Part shown: piece after piece, positions 25,509 through 39,249 of the stretch
How the letters are laid out: each line of letters begins with the position of its first letter
Position numbering within the stretch: the first letter of the stretch is position 1
Source of the DNA: Phaeosaccion multiseriatum
Lineage: Eukaryota > Protista > Ochrophyta, other classes
Direction of reading: 5' to 3'
DNA length: 64,000 bases
Assembly: GCA_965112735.1 (NCBI GenBank)
Contig: OZ218952.1
Span: forward strand, 1,860,001-1,924,000
Translations under genes and position numbers: made by a program
Notes under the pieces: model-generated
Seen by the model: the letters and a program-made list of their open reading frames with translations, nothing else
Told to the model about the DNA's origin: nothing
Databases searched by the model: none

Positions 25509-27006
25509 CTATGACTGGAAGTGCTCAAGGATACCCTGGTCGGAAACTCGCTCCTGTGCCCACTGTCCTGCGCACGCCATCATTGCCAGGCGGCCGTTGT
25601 TGAGCTCCCTCTGCCTCCATGTGATGAACTCCTCGGAGTCCCTGCCCTCGCTCTGTGATGCATAGACGCAAGCAGGCGGTTCGTTAGCAACATGTTGTTT
25701 TGCAGGTTTTGCAGGTTATGGGTTTCGGGAGTGAGGGAGTGTTCAGGACGGGTAGACGGGTTGGGTTGTGTTGAGTTCTATGGCCTTTTCATCACATCTA
25801 CACGAAGTAGGGCACGTAACCACACACAACCAGCCGCAGAGGAAGTACAGGTGAAAGAGTTCAAAAGCTTCTCAAAAGCCGTCCAGTCCAACATCATGTG
25901 GCAATATCAGTTACATTGAAAGTGTGCGTTCAAGGAGGCTATATCGCCTCTCAAACAAGAGGTGTCAGATCTCGGGGTATCGTCACCTACGGCCACAACA
26001 CTACACTCAGTTCAGCAATGCGAAAACATGCCTGACATTCCTTCAGGTACACAGTTCGGCCACAGCTTTGTGTGTCGCCACTCCCTCGTCAACGAGCCCA
26101 AATCCAGACTTACCACAATGTTGAGGGGGTCGAAGCCAAAGTCTCCGGGGATGTGGTCCGGGTCCTTTGCCGCCTCAGTCTGTCCAACCTCGAACCAGCC
26201 GATGACCATGAGGAAGCCAATAGGCCAGAACCAAGGGTGCTCTGCAAGCAATGCCTGGGGGTGGTACAGGCCGGTGCCGGTAAGCCCGTCCTTGAACTGG
26301 AACAGAGGGTGGAATGACTCTCCCCACACCAGGCCAACCTAAATGGACAGAACAGGCAGGCAGGCAGGCAGGCAGGCACGTCATGGATGAGACAACGGTT
26401 CGCATGGCAGAGGCCGAAAAGGCTTGACTTTTCCACACGTGAACAAAGGTCGTTTCGCCCCCAGACCCCCCAGTCCTCTAGAAGCAACAAGCGTCTCAAC
26501 CCAACGCCCAGGCTGCCAAAGTCCCTATGCGTTTGCAAGTTCTAATCTCAGCTTCGCTTGCGGAATCTGTGGGGGGGTACGTGCGTACGCCCTTTCATTT
26601 TTTTGCCAACATGCACAACTTTAAGTGCACACTCTGCCGCACCAACCCCAAGCAACATCTCGCCCTTCAGATGGAGTCGTCAGAGCGAAAGGGCACACAC
26701 ACAAAAGAGGGGGGAAAGACGATGACTCACCGCTGCCATCATCGCCAGGCGCCCGTGCTTCAGCTCAGCCAACTCGAACTTAGCAAGGGTCTCCTCGTCG
26801 GCCCTCTCTCCCAGTCCAGCGGGGTCCCAGATGCCAAGGGGCGCAGTGGCTCCGGGCAGCTTGCTCATGTCAGCCATCATGCTAGTGGTGGCCCTGCTCG
26901 TGGTCTTCACTCCAGACTGCACAGACACGCCCGTGAAGGCGGTGGGCTGCACAAAAGCAGAGGCAGCTCCCAGGGAGGCCAGCGCAGCGACACAAGAGAC
27001 CTTCAT
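25509..27006 (-). CDS. Light-harvesting chlorophyll-binding protein, Lhcx/LI818-like
   Basis: Bipartite leader ..LGAASAF; helix 1 ELKHGRLAMMAA; exon 26338-~26115 FHPLF..PGDFGFDPL; last exon ~25660-25509 RELNNGRLAMMA (missed by the ORF track). Confidence 0.93.
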
Positions 27007-28185
27007 GACTACTAAGGGAGAGAGACGAGAAAAAAAGGGCTAGAGGAAAGGCTTTTTGGGATTGTGTGTGAAAAATCCAATCCACGTCAAGTCCTTGTCA
27101 CCCACCCCCCTGGGGAAGAGCGACTGAGCTGGAACTAAAACTGAATGGACCTGAAACTGAAACTGACACCGATTCAACACCCATGTGCACCAAGCGGAGG
27201 AGAGCGCGAGCGCTGCTGGGACGCAACTCATGCACGCGATGCCCTTCAATGCAACGCTTTCCAGTTAGGGTTTGTGGGAAAAGAAGAAGGAAGGGGTGCC
27301 CTCTTCTTTTTTTTTTGACCCTTCTCAATACTGAGGTAACAACTCGATTTTTTCGTTTTCATCCTCTCGAGCGAGTACGAGACTCTTCGGCTCCTCGCCC
27401 GCGCCAGCGCTAAAGCGCTTACCGACAGTCCCGCCGCCGTCCCCAGCAACGCATTTGCTCACTACGACGCTCCTTTCACTCCCTTCCCCTTAGCATCCCT
27501 TGCGCGCAACGCGTCGAAGCAGCTCCTGCCTACGACCCATGCCATGTTGTGATGCGTCATCAGCACGAACGGAAGGGAAGCTAGTCAGGTAGCATTCGCG
27601 GCCGTCGCTGAGCGGGTGCATGCTACCTTCCTACATGCTACTGTCGACGCGGCTCTCTCTGCTTTATACTCAATGTATGCAGGAAAACCCCGCGCATTCC
27701 CCGTCCTGCGGCACTTGCCAGGGCTATGACAGGCTATCCAGGTGCGTGAGAGAGCCCCTCCCACCCGTCGAACCCGTGGAAAAGAGGCGGTGCGGGCTTC
27801 GTGGTGAGGTGGGGCTCTCAATCACGGCAAGCGAATCACCCCCGCTAGGGGAAATGGAGCAACAGCAACACCTCTCGGGGCAATGCCCACAAACTGGTGC
27901 TGCGCCCGTGTGTGCATGTGCTTCTCCGATGTGTCCCATACTCCCCCCCACCATGCATCTTCCGTTTCCCTCCAGGCAGCCGCCTCGTGGAGCGATACCC
28001 GCCTTGGGAGTCCACGCGTCAGTAGCGCCTCGACATCGGTACCATAGCACTGCCAGAGCACACCACATGCGTCTCACACGCACGCACTCCTTCACTTTAC
28101 GAAAGGAGCTTTGTGTGTCCATTGGACAGACATTTGATCAGACACAGTCGCACCAAGCTGAGTCGCACCAAGCGGGACAGGGGCT

Positions 28186-28830
28186 TCAATCCTCCTTCCC
28201 CCCAGCGGTTTCGGCACGGTCGTGCCACCGAGAAACCAACGTTAACGTCGTGGCCAATAGCACTGGTGGTAGAAGGCAAAACGCTGCCACAATGTACGTG
28301 TGTCGATGAAAGGGGAAGCGGCTCTTCTTCAGCACGTAAAGAACGAGAAACACCCAAAGGGCCGTGCCCAGCACTGCGAGCAGTGCAAGCTCCTGAGACC
28401 GACCCCACAGCGAATGGCGCTCGTACTGCTGCTGACGACGCCTCCCAGTCGATACCTCCGACGCTTCCCGTACTCGCCCGCTGCGTCCCCTTCCTTCTCC
28501 TCTGCCACCTCCTCCTGCTGTGCTCCTCCTCGTCACCACATGGGGCGACTCTCCTGCTGTGCTGCGGCTGCCACCAGGAGGAGAGTCCGGAAAGAAGATC
28601 CCACCTCCAGCAGCCGGAGCTCTCCCACTCTCACTACTATTCGGCGCCGTCGTCGAGGTGGCGTAGGGCAGCATCATTGTGCTGTGCGTGGCCTGCTTGG
28701 CCGCGGCGGCGGACTGTGGTGTGAGGGCCCTGGTGAGAGCATCGTCCACCCCTCTGAGAACGGCATCCCATGCGAGGCCTAAGCTCGGGCTGTTGGGGCT
28801 TTCGCAAGGATCCCCCAAGTCCTGAGGCAT
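28186..28830 (-). CDS. Hypothetical membrane protein (two TM segments), possibly one exon of a longer gene
   Basis: ORF with LALLAVLGTALWVFLVLYVL and YIVAAFCLLPPVLLATTLTLV; divergent from MTR4. Confidence 0.45.
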   Translation of the reverse strand: MPQDLGDPCESPNSPSLGLAWDAVLRGVDDALTRALTPQSAAAAKQATHSTMMLPYATSTTAPNSSESGRAPAAGGGIFFPDSPPGGSRSTAGESPHVVTRRSTAGGGGRGEGRGRSGRVREASEVSTGRRRQQQYERHSLWGRSQELALLAVLGTALWVFLVLYVLKKSRFPFHRHTYIVAAFCLLPPVLLATTLTLVSRWHDRAETAGGKED

Positions 28831-29193
28831 TACATTACCTGTTGTGATGAATCGATGAATCAACTGTCAAGTAAAAGTAGGGCTCGATTTTTGAAGTAGA
28901 GAGAGATGGCACCAGATGGTCACGGACCTTCTCCTACTCCACGGCTCTCCCATTTTCCGGGAGATTCCCTCCCCCCACACGGTCTTGCTACTTCTCTGCA
29001 GAGCTTGGAGAATTTCTGCTCGTGTAGCACTCCAATTTCTGCTCGTGTAGCAAGTGGAGCGCGCGGGCAGCGTCTCCGAGGAAGACAAACGGACTCCCCT
29101 TCGAAAGGAGGAGGAGGGTTTGCAGAGTGCCAGGGCCTTGTGCTCCTCCTGCTGCTGCTGTTGCTGCTGCCCAGCGGGGGGGGATAGAGGATA

Positions 29194-31343
29194 ATGGATC
29201 TGGATTTGTTTGGAGCGTTCGAGGGGACGGAGACCGTCAAGCACGTCGAGGCTGTGCCGCCCGTGGCTGCCAAGGGGGAAGCTACCACGGGGGGGGAGAG
29301 AGGAGGGGCAAACCCTTCGAAGAAGCGGAGAAGAGTAGAGAACGGTGGGGGAGAACGTAGTCCTGGTGGTGGTGGTGGTGGTGGTGGTGCTGATGATGAT
29401 AGTGGTGAAGAAGAAGGAGAGGAAGGCGGATCTTTGCTGAGGAGGGCGGCAGAGGCCGCGACAACGAGCCTAGGGAGTGCGGGTCTGGTGGAGGGCGCGG
29501 ACCGCGTTGTGCAGCGAGAAGATGGAACAACAGTCAAGAGCTACAGTGTGTACCCTGCGGACTGGAAGAGGGACTCCGCTGAACTGGCAGCGGAAGAGGA
29601 GGGTGCGGGCGGCCCCACGCGACCCCCTGCCAAGACGTACCCCTTTGTGCTGGATCCGTTCCAAGCGCAGGCCATAAGCTACATTGAGAGGAATGAGAGC
29701 GTGCTGGTGTCTGCGCATACTTCAGCGGGCAAGACCGTGAATGCAGAGTACGCCATTGCCAAGAGTCTGCGGGACGGCCAAAAGGTGATTTACACGAGTC
29801 CCATCAAGGCGCTGTCCAACCAGAAGTACCGGGACCTGCAAGAAGAGTTTGGGGATGTGGGGCTCATGACCGGGGACATTACCATCAATCCTTCGGCACA
29901 GTGCCTCATCATGACCACTGAGATTCTGCGGAGTATGCTGTACCGAGGCAGTGAGATTATGCGGGAGGTGGCGTGGGTCATCTACGACGAAGTCCACTAC
30001 ATGCGGGACAAGAGCCGCGGGGTGGTGTGGGAGGAGAGCATCATCCTTCTGCCCCACAAGGTCCGCTTCGTCTTCCTCTCGGCCACCATTCCCAATGCAA
30101 AGGAGTTTGTGGGTTGGGTGGCCAAGATGCACCACCAGCCGTGCCACGTGGTGTATACCGACTACCGACCCACTCCTCTCGAGCACTACATCTTTCCACA
30201 GTCTGGCGACGGTCTGCACCTCGTGGTGGACTCTAAGGGGCGTTTCCGAGAGGACAATTTCAGCAAGGCCATGGCGTCTCTGCAGGCCACCCCGGAGGAG
30301 CAGGCAGTGGCCACGGGCAGCAGCACCGCCAAGATTAAGAAGAAGAACCAAAAGGCAGACTCCGATCTAAAGAGGATAGTGCAGGTCATCATGGAGAAGG
30401 AGTTGGACCCGGTGATTGTGTTCAGCTTCAGCAAGAAGGACTGCGAGAACTACGCCGTACAGATGAAAAAGTTTGACTTTAACACGTACGAAGAGAAAGA
30501 GCTCGTGTCGCAGGTGAGGAGAGGAGGGGGGGGGGGGCGGCTGTGGTGTGACTTGGTGACACTGAGAAGCAGGCAGAGACGGACGGTATGGGTGGACCGC
30601 GCGACCGCACTCGGCTCCACCCTCTCTCTACATTGTTCACTGACGTTCTGTTTTGCTTTCCTCCCTCCCTTCTATTTTTCCTCCACTGACGAACCCTCTA
30701 TACATGCGTACATCCGCCCTTCTCCTTCCCCACACACGGACGGGCCCACTCCCCTTTCTACCCCGTCTCTCTCTCTCTCTCTCCTCCCTCCCTCCCTCCC
30801 TCCCTCCCCACCCAGGTCTTCACCAACGCCATGGAGTCTCTGAGTGACGAGGACCGCAAACTACCTCAAGTAGAAGCCCTTCTCCCCCTGCTTAAGAGCG
30901 GCATCGGCATCCATCACGGCGGGCTGCTGCCCATCCTGAAGGAAGTGATTGAGATTCTGTTCCAGGAGCAGCTCATCAAGGTCCTCTTCGCCACAGAGAC
31001 TTTCTCTATCGGACTCAACATGCCTGCGCGCACCGTTGTCTTTACCACCACGCGCAAGTACGACGGCACCGACTTTCGATGGGTCACTTCAGGTGAGGCA
31101 GTGAGCACTGCTTGCTTCTCATTTCTTTCTGTTCACTCGCTCATCCCCGCGGGGGAATTGGGCTGTGTGCAAAGGCTGCTTACTGCCGTCCCGACGTCAA
31201 CGCTGTCTTGTCCCTCGTTTCGCTATCCGTTTTTTTGAGCCTGCTCGATACTTTGGCTCTGAACGTCCCGCACTCACACCGCATTAGAAGGAGCTTACGC
31301 TTACAATCCGCCTTTTGCCCCCCCGCACCCCCGTCTCTCTCTG

Positions 31344-31391
<48 letters not shown>

Positions 31392-33111
31392 AGGCGAATA
31401 CATCCAAATGAGTGGGAGGGCTGGGCGTCGTGGGAAGGACAAGAAGGGCACCGTGATTCAGATGCTGGAAGAAAAAATGGACCCCGCCACTTGTAAAGAC
31501 ATTCTCTACGGCGAGGCCGACGCGCTCACCAGCTCTTACCACATTGGCTACAGCATGCTTCTCAACATGATGCGAGTGGAGGGGGCAGACCCGGAGTTTT
31601 TGGTCAAGAGCTCTTTCCATCAGTACCAGCAAGAGCAGGAGGCGCCAGCCCTCGAGGCGGAGGCGGAGGAGTTGATGCAGGAGAGGGCAAGCATTGTCAT
31701 TGAGAGGGAGGAGGAGGTGCAGGAGTACTTTAAAGTGATGAGGCTTTTGCAGCAGAGCAAGAAGGAGATTCAGGACACCGTGAGGAGACCGCAGCACTGC
31801 CTGCCCTTTATGCAAGTGGGCAGAATAATAGAGGTGGAGTGGGGCAGTGGCGGCAGTGGCGGCGGCGACGGCGGCAGCGGTGGCAGTAGCAACGTGATTG
31901 AGAATAAGAAGCAGGTGCTAGAGGAAGAGGAGGAACCAAGGTTGGCTGTCGGAGCAATGGTCAATCTTCACAAGAAGGCCGGCAAGGTGGCGGGTGAGTT
32001 TGTATACACGCTGGAGATGTTGCTGCCTTGTGCAAAGAAGGGCTCTTCAGGAGCAGGGGGCAGCGCATCAGGAGGAGGGACAAGGGCTGCTGATGGGGCA
32101 CCGCAACCGCAACCTGCGCCCAGGGGGGCAAAGGCATCGGAGATTGAGTACCAGGTGGTGCCGGTGTTGCTCTCCAGTGTGATGAAGATTTGCACAATCC
32201 GTGTCAAAATGCCCAAGGATCTCAAGCAGCCGGAGAACCGAACGGCGGTGGGGAAGAGTGTCAAGGAGGTGCAGAGGCGGTTGGTGGAGCTCCCTCCCCT
32301 CGACCCGATTGAGGACATGTCTATTACCGATAAGGGCTTCGCCACGTTGGTCAACAGAGCGCAGGAGCTTCAGACAAGGCTGCTGAGTCTCAAGTTTCAC
32401 ACGGCCGAGGATCGAGCGAGTCGATTGCTGGCCTACAAGCGAAAGGACCTCTTGTTGGAGAAGGCCAAGGCCCTACGGAAGCAGTCCAAATCCATGCAGA
32501 CGGTGGCGATGCGCGACGACATGAGAAGGATGAAGCGTGTACTGAGGCGACTCGGCCACTGCGACGCCAACAACGTCATTCAGCTGAAAGGGCGGGTGGC
32601 GTGTGAGATCAACACGGCCGACGAGCTTTTGGTCACTGAGCTCATCTTTAACGGGACCTTCAGCGGCCTTTCTCCTGCGGTGACCGTGGCACTCTTGAGT
32701 TGTATGGTGGCGGAAACCAGCACGAAGGACTCCTCTGAGGGCCCACCCAACCTCCCCGAGGAGTTGCTGGCACCCTTTCGCAAGCTCCAGGACACCGCTC
32801 GGCAAGTGGCCAAGGTGCAGGTGGACTCGAAGGTCACGTTAGACACGGAGGAGTATGTCAAGGGCTTTGGGCCAGACCTGATGCAGCCCAGCTTTGCCTG
32901 GGCCAATGGCAGTAGCTTTGTGGACGTCATGGCGCTGACGGACCAGTTTGAGGGCTCTGTGGTGCGGTCAATTCGGCGGCTGGAGGAGCTGCTGCGACAG
33001 CTGAGCCAGGCCTCGCAGGCCATTGGCAACATGGAGCTCAAGAAGCTGTTTGAGGAGGGAGCGGATCTGTGCAGGCGGGGCATCATCTTTGCGGCCAGTC
33101 TCTACCTGTGA
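29194..33111 (+). CDS. MTR4: Exosome RNA helicase MTR4 (Ski2-like DExH)
   Basis: [58 protein letters not shown]-terminal [10 protein letters not shown]; exons 29194-30513, 30816-31093, 31394-33111. Confidence 0.97.
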
Positions 33112-33295
33112 GGAGAGGGACGGCCTTTGGACCTTTTGCGTGTCTCGACCTTCTCTTCTTGTGTGTGTGCGTGAGCCGAGCGAAGTGCGCTTGGAAAGGG
33201 GAAGGCCCGAGGCCTATCGTTTCATTAGTTTCTTCAGGATTTAATTTTGAAACATCCAAATCAGATCAAATCCAAATCCAATTCGTTTCAATGAA

Positions 33296-36200
33296 TCAAG
33301 ACTCCCCTGCTGCTGCTTGCTGTGCCTCGGCGAGCGTCGCCAAGTGCTCCTGCTCTGCCTGCATCACCAAGCGCTCAAGTTCTTCCTGCGCCGCTTCCCT
33401 CCTCTTCTGCGCACCCTCCGGGTCTTTATCGTCCCTGAACTCATCCACATACCCATCACCGTACTCGTCCTCCTGCTGCTTACGCTTCTCCTCCCTCTCC
33501 TTCTCCTCCTCCTTCCTCAGGGCCGTCCACTCCTCCGGCTCCTGTGTGTGCACCCACTGGTCTTCAATAGTCTCCCCTCTGGCTTCTCGCTCCGCGTTCT
33601 CCTGCGTCTCTGCGGCCCTGATGGCATCAAGAGTGCTCTCAGCAGGCACGACTCCGGCCATGGACATGGCTGCCATTACATCCTCAGCAAGCTCAAAGGC
33701 CTGGCCTTGGATACACGCCACCGCGAGGGTGTTGTACACGTCCGGGTCGGTAGTAATGCCTTCGTTCACCATCTAACCAGAGAGAGAGAGAGGGGGGGGG
33801 GGGGGGGGGAGCAAGACAGAGGTTAGGACTTGATCATCATCTAACCAGGCGAAGAAAGAGGAGAGCGAGATGGGGAGGGAAGGAGGGAGATAAGGAGAGA
33901 GAGAGAGGGAGAGATAGACAGACAAGAGAGGGAGAGAAGGAGGGAGCTGTGTAATCGCGTCCCCGTGGTAACGATACCTGCCAAAGCATGACCCCTGCCT
34001 CCTCTGCGCGAGACTGCAGTAGAAGCACCTCCGTCTCCGCCCGTCCCTCCTTGACGCTCCGTTTGACCGCGTACTCGCACAATTTGCGCACAATGGGTCC
34101 GTAGCTGCCGCCATCCCTGTCCACGCGATACAACTTCATTCGCCTGAGCAGGGTCTTGGCGGCGTCCACCTTGTCGCCCAGGCAGCACGCCTCAATGACG
34201 GCATTGTACACTGCAGTGAGGGGCGGAGACACTTTGTACACCTTCACAAGCTCCAGCACCAGCAGCGCCCCCGTAACGTCCTTTGCCTCCCCGCATGCCT
34301 TGGCACAACCTACAAAGGCGTCCATGCGGATAGAGGGCGAAAGGCCTCCGTCCCCCACTCCTTCTCCGTCTCCTCCTGCCCCGCTCCCTCCTGCTTGACT
34401 CAAGGCCTGGAGCATTCGCTTCGCGGCGCGGCCCCAGGCCCCCTCACCCTCTCCCTCGTCAATTTCTTCCTCCTCTTCCCCCTTGGGCAGGAAGGACAGT
34501 ACCGCAGTCTGATAGAAATGTGCGTCGGGTTTCTCTTGCCTCCACGCCGCCTCCTCCGTCTCCAGCTGAGAAGCAATACGCACCACCATCGCTCTGTCCT
34601 TGTCCTTTGCACACCCTTGCACGACGAGTCTGTACGTTTCTAAATCGGGCCTCTGCGCGGGAGAGGCGGTAGTCGTAGTGGTAGCAGTTGTCTCGCCGCC
34701 GTTCGCGCCTCCGGCACCTGTGCCGTCCGCCGCTGCTACTGCTGCTGCCTCCATTTCCTTCAGCAGCAACCCTGCGTCGTACCGCAGACCCGCCCCTATG
34801 TACGCCTCCACCACCGCGTTGAAACTGTCGGTGGTTGGGACCACTCTCCCCTGATCACCAGCACCATCGTCACCACCACCACCACCACCACCACCACCTT
34901 CTCGCATCTCCTGCAGCAAAGCCGCCGCCTGCTGCCAAGCGCCACATTTGCAGAGTGCGCGAAGAGCCGCGTTGTAGTGTGTCACATCCACGATCTGAGG
35001 CGGGACACTTCTGAACAGCTTCATCACATCCTCCACGCTGAAGCGGGCCCTCTCCATCTCTTCCGCCTCCTTCTTCTCCTGCTCCTTCCGCCCGTCCAGC
35101 CCCCCCTCTTCCTCCTCCCCACTCTTCTTCTTCTCCTTCTCATCTGTCGGTGCCACAATCACAACCGCTTGCTGCTGTAGCTTCTTCTTGGGGTTCTTCA
35201 CATCATCCCTCCCAACCACAAACCCCTCCAAGGCCGCGAGAAAGCAAGACGCATCAGCCAGCTCGGGGGTGAGCTCCACCAGCAACTCCAAGACCTTCAC
35301 TGCCTCGAGCCTCTTGCCAGCCGCTGTACAGGCCCTGATGGCTGCGGCGTAGCAGGCCGACGAGGGTTTGATCCCCACCTTCTGCATCTCCTCAAGCATC
35401 ATGAGGGCACGCTCCCAGCGGACCCCATCTGCGCAGCTGCTGATGGCGGCAGCGTACGACACGGCGTCACCGTCGAGACCCTTTCGTTTCGTTTGGTTTA
35501 ATGTGTTGGGGAGAGGTGTATTTTTGTATGTGCGATGGAGATTAGAAGGGGGGGGAGGTGGGAGGAAGATGGGAAAGGAAGAGCAGTGGCCGAAGAGAGG
35601 GAGGGAGATGAGGAAAAGCGTGAGCAAAGGGAGGAAAGGCACAAAAGGGCCTGTAGTTTGGAACTGACGAACCTGCAGTTTCATTTGGCCAAAGAGGGAC
35701 AAGGTCTCCTGCGCGCGATTGTCTTCCCTCGACGCGAGCGTGATGGCTCCATTGTAGGTAGGGGTGGTTGGGTCGACACCCACTGTTACCATGCCTTCGA
35801 TGAGGGTCATGGCATCGGACAAGCGGCCCTTGGCGACGCATAGCTCCATGACTTGGTTGTACGTGTCAATGTCCAACTTGATGCGCTGGGCTCTGAGGGT
35901 GCTGAGGATGGTCAGAGTTCGCCGCAGGTCTCCAGCCCCGACCAAAGCCAGGACGATGAGGCCCACGCTTGCATCACCCAAGGGCACATCGGCCGCTTCC
36001 ATCTCATCAATCGTCTGTCAGACACGCCAGATGGCAGCCCATGGGTGTGGAAGGAGGGGGGTGAGGACCGGCTATAGGGGGAGTGGAACGGTTTCGCTGC
36101 CCAGAAGAAAGCGAAGTACTGCCAAGCCCCACATTTTGATGAGGACTACAATGCCGTGGGTAAAGGGAAGGAAGGAAGCGAATCCCGCAGAGACCTTCTC

Positions 36201-37395
36201 TAGGAAGGGGCTGGCTAGAGCAGCCTTGCCTCCTCCTCCTCCCCCTCTCCCACGCGGAGTGCCACCCACCCACCTGCAGGGCCTTGTCCACGTCGCCCGC
36301 CTCGACGAAGCAAGAAATAGCGGCGTTGTAGACTACTTCGGGAATACCGTTTCCTCCTAACCCTTCTACCACTCGTCGGCAGCGTGCCTTGATATCGCCA
36401 ATCGTCGCAAGGTCGGCAGCAGCGACGCAGGCTTTCATTGCAGAAATGAAGACGGAGGTATCCATCTGCAATGCGGCGGCAAAAGGCAACGAGAGGGTAG
36501 CACAATTGTAAGAGCAAGTCGTACGCTTAGCGCATAACCAGACAGACACGTTTGAAAACGACAGAGACGCCAGAGGTTCGCCCCGTAAAAGGCAACGGAG
36601 AGAAGCAGCCATCAAACCAATGGATGGCCGGGGGGACGGATGAGGATGAGGATGCAAGTACCGAATGAAAGCGGTACTCCAGCCAGTAGACACACCTCCT
36701 GTCCAAATTCTTCCATCGTGTCCAGCAGCCGCAGCGCTTTCTCTACTTCTGGGTTCGTATGCTCCTCCCTCCCGTCCTCAATGGTAGCGACTGAGGGGAA
36801 AGAGGGAGAGTGCGGTAAGTAACGGAGAGGTGTTGAGGAACTAAGCAAGGCGGTGGGTAGGGAGTCAAAAGCAAGTCTCTCTCGCAACGCCAAGGCACAG
36901 CAGTGGGAGTCGTGACAACGAGGAGTGACATCGGTTTTCACCTTCTTTTTCACCTTCATCATCTGCTGCGTCTGTGCCCACATCGAAGAACGAACTGCTC
37001 TCGAAGCGACTGATAGCTTCTGCTGTCGCTGCTGCTACTGCTGCTGCTGATGGGCTCTCGTCCCCTTGCCTCTCTTGCTCCCCCCCCACCTGCTGTTGCT
37101 GCATCCGTGTGCGACTACCCCACGACGATGCTCCCCCGGCACCACGGCTTACTCTTCCCCTCCTCCTGCTAGTACTCCCAGCCACTCTAGGAGCGACTGC
37201 AGGAGCCATAACCTCTTCCCTGCCCCCACGTGCCACTGCAACCAACGTGGGGAGGGGAGCCGCTGGGACGAATCCCACAGCCGGCTTTAAGCTTGCACTC
37301 CCCAGCAATGCCGCAGACGCAGCAGCAGCCGCTGCTGTGGTAGCAAGCCTAGAGCAGGGATTCCTTTGCTTCGTCATGCTGCAGGAGTTTCTCAT
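33296..37395 (-). CDS. Pentatricopeptide-repeat protein, probably plastid-targeted
   Basis: Repeated PPR-type motifs (TYNGAI, SYAAAISSC, HYNAALRALCK, VYNAVIEAC, VYNTLAVAC); hydrophobic leader followed by VGFV; ~6 exons. Start codon uncertain. Confidence 0.85.
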
Positions 37396-37544
37396 GTCGT
37401 CGCGCAACCTCAAGACGACAGTATGGCAATGAGCGTCGCCAACTCCGGTGGAGAACAACACGACCACCAAAACCTGAACAAACACATGAAACATTATTGA
37501 AACATGTGAAGTTGCTGGGTGCCTTATTATCGTAACAATTTGTC

Positions 37545-38394
37545 ATGCTGGTATCTCTTCTCAGCTACTCCTTCTCGTTTGGGTGTTTTTTGCGTGCGCC
37601 GGTTGGTGCTGTTGGTGCGAGCACAGCCAGACAGGCATACTCTCTTGGGAAATCAAGGCCGGCTTTCCAGATCAGGGTCGGCACCAGGGGAACAAGCATG
37701 TCTGCTACTACTCCTCCTCCTCCTCCTCCTCCTCCTCCTGATACTCCTGATGAGAAGTGGAGACCGGGCGGACGTGTATTAGCTGTGCAGTCTCACGTGG
37801 TGCGCGGCTACGTGGGAAACAAGGCCAGCACCTTCCCCTTGCAGCTTATGGGCCTTGACGTGGACCCGCTGAACTCGGTTCAGTTCTCCAACCACGGGGG
37901 CTACCCCACCGTTAAGGGAGAGTCCCTCAGCCTGAAGGAGTTCACGGCTGTGACTGACGGCATGCGCGCCAACGGCTTCTTCTCCTCTCCTACCATCGAG
38001 AGAGAGGGCGGCGGTGGCGGTGGCGGCGGTGGGGGAGGCTATACACACGTATTGAGCGGCTACATCCGATGTCCTGACGTCCTGGAGGCCTTGGCCGGCA
38101 TCATTCAGCAGCTGCAGAGCGACTGTGCCGATGTGTCGTATTTCTGCGATCGTAAGTGCGCTCTCCGCGTGGTCCCCGAGTGCCCCTCGCTCTTTGTGTA
38201 ATATTTGTCCCTCCTTCCCTTCTGTCCTCGACTCCGTCTCCTGTGTGCAGCTGTGCTTGGAGACAACGGCAAGCTATACGTGCCCGAGGCGTGTGGTGAG
38301 TGCGTGAGTGAGTGGCGAACCTGATGGCCTGTCTGTCTGCCTGCCTGCGTTTCTGCCTCCCCACTCCTTGTCGAGGCAGAAAGAAAGAAAGAAA

Positions 38395-38443
<49 letters not shown>

Positions 38444-39157
38444 GGCGTCCACGCTCGGTTTTATGCTCCCACGTCCTCGCCTCCCCTTTCTCCCTCTCTC
38501 CCTCTCCTCTCCTCATATGCCTCCATACCTCCTCCCTCCCACCGCCTCCCTCATCTGTAGTGGAGTCATACAGGAGGAAGCTGCTTCCCTTGGCGGCCGT
38601 GAGCACCCCCAACCAATTTGAGATTGAGACCTTGACGGGAGTCACCATAGAGACGGAGCAAGACGCCGTGAGGTGGGTCCCTCTCTCGCCCTTATCTTAC
38701 CTCTCTCACACCTTGGCAGCATATGAAGAGGGGAAGGCACGCCTCACTCAAACTCAAACTCTTTGCGTGCCGTGTAACTGTTGCGCTTCTTGCCTCTCCT
38801 CCCCCCCTCATACATATATTTTAGGGCATGCAATGCACTGCATGACATGGGGCCTCGCACCGTCGTCATCACCAGCGCCAAGCTCAAAGCTCATGCCGAC
38901 ATCCCGCCCTCGCCGCATGGGCCCCCACCCCCACGGCAAGGCGAGGCAGGCGAGGCAGAAGGCGAGACAGTAGCAGTAGACGCAGTGGCAGAGCGGCCAG
39001 CAGGGGACGATTCACCGGAGAAACTCTGCATCTTTGTTAGCACGACCTTGCCCTTGGGCCGTCGAGACCAACAAGAGCAATCATCAGCATCCTCATTCGC
39101 ATCTTCATCAGCATCGGCATCAGCACCAGCACCATCAGCAGCAGCACCATCAGCAGC

Positions 39158-39191
<34 letters not shown>

Positions 39192-39207
39192 TCATCATTA
39201 TCAGGAG

Positions 39208-39249
<42 letters not shown>

